Positions 58,753-64,000 of a stretch of DNA of 64,000 nucleotides are shown here, in pieces. This DNA is from Patescibacteria group bacterium (GTDB lineage: Bacteria; Patescibacteriota; Microgenomatia; UBA8517), in NCBI GenBank assembly GCA_018823885.1, contig JAHJHG010000009.1, forward strand, positions 151,751-215,750, written 5' to 3'. The stretch's first letter is position 1. Each line of letters opens with the position of its first letter. The notes beneath the pieces are model-generated. The model had not been told where the DNA came from. It did no database searches and saw only the letters and a list, made by a program, of their open reading frames with translations. A program made the translations under genes and the position numbers.

Positions 58753-59649
58753 ATGTCTAACAGAGGATCCGACTGGGTCGGTTACGCAAATTTGGGAGCC
58801 AATATTGTCCAGGCAGGTCAATTGTCTAGAGTGCAACGAAATCTTGAAGGCTTAGCCTTGATAGAAATCGCCAGGGAGGAACGCGTCCGACTTGAAAATG
58901 AATTAAGGCAATATATCTTCGAAACAGAAGAAGGGCTCAAGCGCCTGAGGAAATATATTGACAAAGCTCCCTTAGGAGTTTTTACTGTTACTTCGCAATT
59001 AGATAGTTTCTTCAGGGAGATACGACTTGAACCCGAAGCTTTCCAGCAATTTGTCGATAAAGACAGGGTACAAAGTTTGTTTAGATCAGTTGAGGAGATC
59101 TTTGAAGAAACATCAAAGTTTTTGGACCAGAATGTAATGGAAGAGGTAAGAAGCAAGGTTGAACTTGTTCAGAAACTGCTTGGTTATCTGAAGATTTTAC
59201 CTAAACTGACCGAAACTACCAACGAAGACAAGAAACTGGAGAAAAAAAGAGCTTTTGTCATCACCATGTTGTTGGGAGTAGCGATATTTACATTGATCGC
59301 TTTTGGTTTTGATACTCCTGGTAATTGTATCTGTGGTGGGTCGGGCGTGGTGTATTTAGCAATCTTGATGTTCGCACTCGCCAAAGGTCCATATGGAGAT
59401 AAGAAACGGGGAGTGAGAATTAAACAGCTTGAGGAACTTCAGAAACAAGTGAGCTTGCTAGCAAAAGAAATTAATAGTATTGCTGGTAAAGAATTGACGG
59501 AGAAGAAGGAATACGAGCAAGTTCTTGATGAGGCGCAGACGCGTTTGAAAATGTTGACACAAGAAGATAAGGATGGAGAACAGTTCGTTGAATCTTTGTC
59601 TACGATTCTTTTTCAACCGCAGTTCTCGAAAACAGCGCAAGACGAGTAG
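58753..59649 (+). CDS. Coiled-coil 2-TM protein (paralog 2, no zinc finger)
   Basis: AGGAG RBS and ATG 58753; shares YANLGANIVQAGQL, LENELRQ, APLGV, FQQF.DKDRV with 57347..58369. Confidence 0.85.
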   Translation: MSNRGSDWVGYANLGANIVQAGQLSRVQRNLEGLALIEIAREERVRLENELRQYIFETEEGLKRLRKYIDKAPLGVFTVTSQLDSFFREIRLEPEAFQQFVDKDRVQSLFRSVEEIFEETSKFLDQNVMEEVRSKVELVQKLLGYLKILPKLTETTNEDKKLEKKRAFVITMLLGVAIFTLIAFGFDTPGNCICGGSGVVYLAILMFALAKGPYGDKKRGVRIKQLEELQKQVSLLAKEINSIAGKELTEKKEYEQVLDEAQTRLKMLTQEDKDGEQFVESLSTILFQPQFSKTAQDE

Positions 59650-59667
59650 TGATTTTCCGCAAGGAAT

Positions 59668-59720
59668 GAGCCCTCCAAATCATCGTTATGATGATATGTT
59701 TTGAGGGCTCTTTTTCTTTT
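59668..59720 (+). terminator. Intrinsic terminator
   Basis: GAGCCCTC/GAGGGCTC stem plus T tract. Confidence 0.8.
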
Positions 59721-59819
59721 TCGCCAGACACAGATAGTAATTTCTCCAGCTTGCAGACAGCTTCTGAGGCGTTTAAGATGAAATAGATACAGTTATACCC
59801 TTATTGGGGTTTATTGAGT

Positions 59820-60776
59820 ATGCCTAAGAAACTAGATAAAGTAATAAATAGAGCAATTCACTTATTTCTTCCTTGGCATACCAATAATCAGAAGGCCAGA
59901 CTTATTCATCCTCAGATAATAATACTGTTTGTAATAAAACTTATTGTTCTCCAAGTAGGCCTTCAATTTATACCTGCATCTGGACTAAAGATACTTGGAT
60001 ATGCTGCCAATATTTCACCAGATGAAGTGATAAGGATTACTAATGAACAACGGGTTTCAGTTGGGCTTCTTCCTCTTGAAGCGAACCCGACTCTAGCCCA
60101 GGCAGCCCAAGCCAAAGGTGCAGACATGTTAAATAATAATTATTGGGCTCATGTTTCCCCTGATGGAACTCAACCCTGGAGCTTTTTTGTAAATGCTGGC
60201 TACAGTTATCGCTACGCTGGCGAGAATCTTGCCCGTGATTTTACGAATCCGGCATCTGCAGTTGAAGCTTGGATGGCCTCTCCAACCCATAAAGACAATC
60301 TTCTTTCTGCGAATTACAGAGATATAGGTATCGCTGTAATTGAAGGAGATTTAGATGGGGTCGATACAACCATAATAGTTCAGTTTTTTGGTACTAAATA
60401 TACAGATACAGTTCCTTCTGTTCCAATTGCGGAAGCCCAGCCTGCATCAACAGAAGCGCCACAATTTAGCCCATCTCCTGCTCCAGTTGCAGCAACTTTC
60501 CCAAGTCCATCACCAGAGAGTTCATTAGTAGCCGTACAAACACCAATTGCGGAAGCAGGGCCAATAGGAGGACGAGTGTTGATTTCTCCATTTAGTACAA
60601 CTAAAGGGGTTTCTCTAGTTGTAGTGGGCCTTCTTCTAAACGTGCTGGTTTTTGATGGTCTTATTACCAGGCGAAGAAGGATTGCTAGGATTGGAGGGCG
60701 CACTTTTGCCCACCTCTCTTTCCTTGGAATGGTTTTGGCGATAGTATTAATATTAAAAGCAGGGCAAGTTATATGA
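59820..60776 (+). CDS. CAP/SCP domain membrane protein
   Basis: TNEQR, YWAHVSP, AGENLA, WMASPTHKDNLL. Confidence 0.92.
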   Translation: MPKKLDKVINRAIHLFLPWHTNNQKARLIHPQIIILFVIKLIVLQVGLQFIPASGLKILGYAANISPDEVIRITNEQRVSVGLLPLEANPTLAQAAQAKGADMLNNNYWAHVSPDGTQPWSFFVNAGYSYRYAGENLARDFTNPASAVEAWMASPTHKDNLLSANYRDIGIAVIEGDLDGVDTTIIVQFFGTKYTDTVPSVPIAEAQPASTEAPQFSPSPAPVAATFPSPSPESSLVAVQTPIAEAGPIGGRVLISPFSTTKGVSLVVVGLLLNVLVFDGLITRRRRIARIGGRTFAHLSFLGMVLAIVLILKAGQVI

Positions 60777-61036
60777 TGAAAAGAATAGCAAAACACTTAC
60801 CTCACTATTTGTCTCTTGCGGGCATACTTATTGCGGGAGTTGTCGGCTTTTTAGTTTTCTCATATGAGAGAGCCTTTCAGATAGCCGTAGCCATAGGGCT
60901 GGCCTTAGCTTATGTAGCTTGGGGGATTATTCATCACGCAATCCATAGAGATCTTTATCTCTCTGTTGTTGTGGAGTACATAGTGGTTGCTTCCTTGGGC
61001 TTGGTTGTTATTCTCTCATTGATCTTTCGAGCGTAG
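60773..61036 (+). CDS. Small hypothetical membrane protein
   Basis: Three TM segments; YVAWGIIHH. Confidence 0.8.
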   Translation: MMKRIAKHLPHYLSLAGILIAGVVGFLVFSYERAFQIAVAIGLALAYVAWGIIHHAIHRDLYLSVVVEYIVVASLGLVVILSLIFRA

Positions 61037-61090
61037 CAAAATAGCTTCGAAAAAGTTAATTTTTCCTCTAAATGGTGGTATAATTCGCTC

Positions 61091-61594
61091 ATGGCTAAGG
61101 CTAAGAACAGGATTTTTATCAATCCAACCAAGGGAAAAATATCGAGCACAAAGATGGTGGAAGCGATTGCTGATTTCGTGGAAGAAGAGCCAGATAGTTT
61201 ATATCGACTAATCATCGGTACCGACTCTCAGGCACGAAGGAAGAATGGGAAAGCTGAAATAGATTATGTAACCGCCGTTGTTGCTCATAGAATCGGTAGG
61301 GGAGCTCGTTATTATTGGAGAAAAGAGAAAAAGAATAAAATACCAGTACTTCGGGATAAAATATACACAGAAACTTTAATGTCGCTTGATGTAGCTCAAG
61401 AAATCGTTCCTTGTCTTCGAGAAGCAATTTCCCCGACAAAGTATGATTTCGAAATCCATATTGACGTGGGACCACTGGGACCGACAAGGGATATGATAAA
61501 AGAGGTTGTTGGTATGGTAAATGGCAGTGGATTTGAAGCTAAAACTAAACCTGAATCGTGGGGAGCTTCTTCAGTTGCAGACAAACACGCTTGA
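61091..61594 (+). CDS. RNase H-like YkuK/DUF458 family protein
   Basis: IGTDSQ, EIHIDVG, KPESWGASSVADKH. Confidence 0.88.
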   Translation: MAKAKNRIFINPTKGKISSTKMVEAIADFVEEEPDSLYRLIIGTDSQARRKNGKAEIDYVTAVVAHRIGRGARYYWRKEKKNKIPVLRDKIYTETLMSLDVAQEIVPCLREAISPTKYDFEIHIDVGPLGPTRDMIKEVVGMVNGSGFEAKTKPESWGASSVADKHA

Positions 61595-61603
61595 ACTAAA
61601 AAA

Positions 61604-62089
61604 TTAATTACTTGAGTTTATTTCGTAAGGAAATTCATCATCCTCAACATTTGGAGCAGTGGCTACAACCATTAAGATAGCATTGCGATCTTTCGCAATA
61701 ACTTTGTGAGCAATTCCGGGCCGAACAGAAAGGGCCACATGATCTTCAGCTTTTAGTTCAACAATTTCATGCTTCTTGTTTTGTGGATTTTGCATGTGAA
61801 TCTCAAAACTACCAAAGATAGGATAAAAAAGTTCAAACTTAACTTTATGATAGTGGTTACCGGCTTGATTGCCTATTTTTTCGAAGATAACTGTATAGAG
61901 ATACTCTGACTTGAAATCTTCAATAAGAGGAAAGCGCGAGTCAAAAAGTACACGCAAAGACCTACCAGGCTTTTCTGGTCTTTGTCTTGGTTTGAGAATG
62001 AATAATCGTCCTAATTCTGTATTTCTTGCACTTATCGGATGTGAATATTCATCCATTGGATTAGATGATTCTTGAGATTTTTCTTTCAT
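61604..62089 (-). CDS. Cupin protein (FdtA/WxcM-like sugar isomerase)
   Basis: GNHYH....E.F....G...PGIAH. Confidence 0.7.
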   Translation of the reverse strand: MKEKSQESSNPMDEYSHPISARNTELGRLFILKPRQRPEKPGRSLRVLFDSRFPLIEDFKSEYLYTVIFEKIGNQAGNHYHKVKFELFYPIFGSFEIHMQNPQNKKHEIVELKAEDHVALSVRPGIAHKVIAKDRNAILMVVATAPNVEDDEFPYEINSSN

Positions 62090-62155
62090 GTTATTTGTAT
62101 TTCACTTAATACGTTTTTGATATTATATACTTTTGCGCTGATGTGGAAAAACGAT

Positions 62156-62203
62156 TGGTTACCACCAGTTGAGGGTTATGGCCTCATAAACTGGTGGTAA
62201 CCA
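62156..62203 (-). terminator. Long hairpin downstream of the NUDIX gene
   Basis: 15-bp perfect stem TGGTTACCACCAGTT/AACTGGTGGTAACCA. Confidence 0.75.
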
Positions 62204-62221
62204 TCTGCAGGAAAACAGAAT

Positions 62222-62995
62222 TTAGTTATCGGGTTCGAGTAAGGATGCGGGGAGAATACCTTGAGCAACCGCTCGGGTCACCAAGATGTGGAAATACGCA
62301 TCGTCATTCGCCATGACTGTGTCGCGCATCCTCTCCACGGGCATGATGGTTGGACCTATGGAAAGTTCCCACGGATCCGGATTCGGAAGTTCACCAATCA
62401 ACTCAGCTTGGCTGGCATCAATGATGGCAACAAATAGCTGAGGATGATTGTTGGTCATACCCGCATCAGGAAGAATTCTGCCGAGATTGTGGATTTTTTT
62501 AACGATAAGATTTTCCGACAATCCCAATTCTTCCTTAAATTCCTCCTCGAATCGAGCGAGCATGCCGCTTACGCCTTTTTCATCGGGGGAAGCAAAACCT
62601 CCCACAACATCGAAGGCGTCGCCGCCAACAGCAAATTTGCTGCCGCGCAGAATCACGAAGTGGGTGATGCGATCTTCAGCATCAGCGATAAGAACCAATC
62701 CTTTGGCCCCACTCAATGGTCCATTTTTCCAGCTGACGTACTCGTAAGTGTAGACCTTTTCGGCTTGAGGCTGGCTGACTTCGAAGAGAGTGATGATGGC
62801 GAAATTTCCTCTCTTCAGGTCAACGATCTTATGAATTTCCAAATTGCCGATTTGATCAGGTCGGTTTGCCAGGTCCTCCAGATACCCATCGTGATCTTCG
62901 GGCATGGTGGTAAGCTCAACCCATAGATTGTGATCAGTTGCTTTAATCCACGACCGTTGTTCCAGTAAATCAAGAACCTCGTCTCTAGTGAGCAT
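62222..62995 (-). CDS. NUDIX-fold hydrolase (divergent)
   Basis: GGFASPDE...FEEEFKEELGL Nudix-box-like motif, then LGRILPDAG; AGGAG RBS; visibly GC-richer than flanks. Confidence 0.75.
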   Translation of the reverse strand: MLTRDEVLDLLEQRSWIKATDHNLWVELTTMPEDHDGYLEDLANRPDQIGNLEIHKIVDLKRGNFAIITLFEVSQPQAEKVYTYEYVSWKNGPLSGAKGLVLIADAEDRITHFVILRGSKFAVGGDAFDVVGGFASPDEKGVSGMLARFEEEFKEELGLSENLIVKKIHNLGRILPDAGMTNNHPQLFVAIIDASQAELIGELPNPDPWELSIGPTIMPVERMRDTVMANDDAYFHILVTRAVAQGILPASLLEPDN

Positions 62996-63087
62996 GTCTC
63001 TTCTCCTTTGATAAGATTTTTCCTGCAGGGTTCACTTTTAATAAAAGTGACCACAACAGAGCAAAAGATGTAAAAGTACTAAGTGAT

Positions 63088-63123
63088 TTATAGTAATTTA
63101 CTATAATTGTTCTATTATGTCAA
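63088..63123 (-). promoter_or_regulatory. NUDIX gene promoter with a palindromic operator-like site over the -10
   Basis: TTGACA-N17-TAAATT; TTATAGTAA-T-TTACTATAA at 63088-63106. Confidence 0.6.
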
Positions 63124-63241
63124 ACGGAACGGGGTATCTGCGTAATTCTAGGAGATACATCTTATTATAGGTTTAATAGGTTTTATAAAAGATTTGATTT
63201 TCTTTAACTCTTGTGATATATTTCAATCTGTTAAAAATATT

Positions 63242-63982
63242 ATGAAAGGAATAATTTTAGCAGGCGGTTTAGCCACAAGGCTTTACCCCCTAACTCACGC
63301 AACCAATAAACATCTGTTGCCGGTCTACGACCAACCGATGATTTATTATCCTATAAAAACCTTGCTAAAAGCTGGGATAGACGAGATATTGATAGTCACT
63401 GGAGGCCCACATGCAGGTGATTTTATTCGAGTTTTAAAAGATGGTAAGGATTTGGGAATAAAACATTTGGAATATACTTATCAAGAAAAAGCTGGAGGAA
63501 TAGCTGATGCCTTATCTTTGGCAAAGGACTTTGCAGATAACGAGCCGGTTGCAGTTATTTTAGGAGACAACACAACGGATATTGACATCAAACCTTATGT
63601 TGAATCATTCAAGGATGGCGCGATGATTTTTCTTAAGAAAGTCGCTGATCCCCAACGTTTCGGCGTGCCTGTCTTTACAAAACCTCGAAAAGGAGCAAAA
63701 AAGAAAATAACAAAAATTGAGGAAAAACCAAAAGAACCACAATCAGATTATGCAGTTACCGGGTTGTATTTTTATGACAATGAAATTTTTGATATTATAA
63801 AAACGATTAAACCTTCAGATAGAGGACAACTTGAGATAACAGATGTCAACAATATTTATCTAAAAAAAGACAAACTTAATTGGACAGAGATAGATGGCTT
63901 CTGGACGGATGCCGGGACTCCCGCCTCGCTATTTAAAGCAAATGCTTATTGGTCAATAAGAAAAGGAGTTAACTTAGAATGA
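63242..63982 (+). CDS. rfbA: Glucose-1-phosphate thymidylyltransferase
   Basis: GIILAGG.ATRLYP, KHLLPVYD, LGDN, EEKP, RGQLEITD, WTDAGT. Confidence 0.9.
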   Translation: MKGIILAGGLATRLYPLTHATNKHLLPVYDQPMIYYPIKTLLKAGIDEILIVTGGPHAGDFIRVLKDGKDLGIKHLEYTYQEKAGGIADALSLAKDFADNEPVAVILGDNTTDIDIKPYVESFKDGAMIFLKKVADPQRFGVPVFTKPRKGAKKKITKIEEKPKEPQSDYAVTGLYFYDNEIFDIIKTIKPSDRGQLEITDVNNIYLKKDKLNWTEIDGFWTDAGTPASLFKANAYWSIRKGVNLE

Positions 63983-64000
63983 ATATATTAATTACTGGAG
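63979..64000 (+). CDS. Start of an NAD-dependent epimerase/dehydratase (truncated by window edge)
   Basis: MNILITG Rossmann start overlapping the rfbA stop. Confidence 0.6.

Noticed and set aside
62444-62926. Antisense ORFs over the NUDIX gene and similar shadow ORFs elsewhere
   Set aside because: They lie opposite well-supported genes and have no RBS or recognisable motifs.

Overview
AT-rich bacterial chromosome segment, genetic code 11. Gene content and style (compact housekeeping operons, many near-leaderless genes behind TGnTATAAT promoters, GGGGTGA-type RBS) suggest a Patescibacteria/CPR genome, probably Microgenomates; this is an inference. The backbone carries secDF, cca, recJ, relA/spoT, aspS, gltX, truB, uppP, lon, greA, lysS, serS, rarA, secA, prfB, ftsEX, tsaE-galE-tsaB, rfbA, tRNA-Gln(CTG) and tRNA-Glu(CTC). 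Accessory regions lie at about 2.0-7.8 kb (TA pair, GIY-YIG genes, HhH glycosylase, RM enzyme), 19.3-28.8 kb (small orphan genes after tRNA-Gln) and 57.2-63.1 kb. Three unexplained non-coding patterns stand out. (1) A family of co-oriented sites ending in TCAGC splits the region after tRNA-Gln into gene cassettes and recurs in the RM islet. Three of these junctions are followed by a gap-free conserved element of about 85-110 bp. No integrase is present in the window. (2) Four stand-alone genes from three unrelated families share an rRNA-operon-like layout: promoter, boxA-like motif, 9-11 nt leader segment complementary to the trailer just after the stop codon, then a long hairpin. (3) A structured ncRNA candidate of about 320 nt lies at 18.5-18.8 kb. 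No CRISPR array, rRNA or transposase was found. All product calls come from motif recognition by eye, with no database searches.
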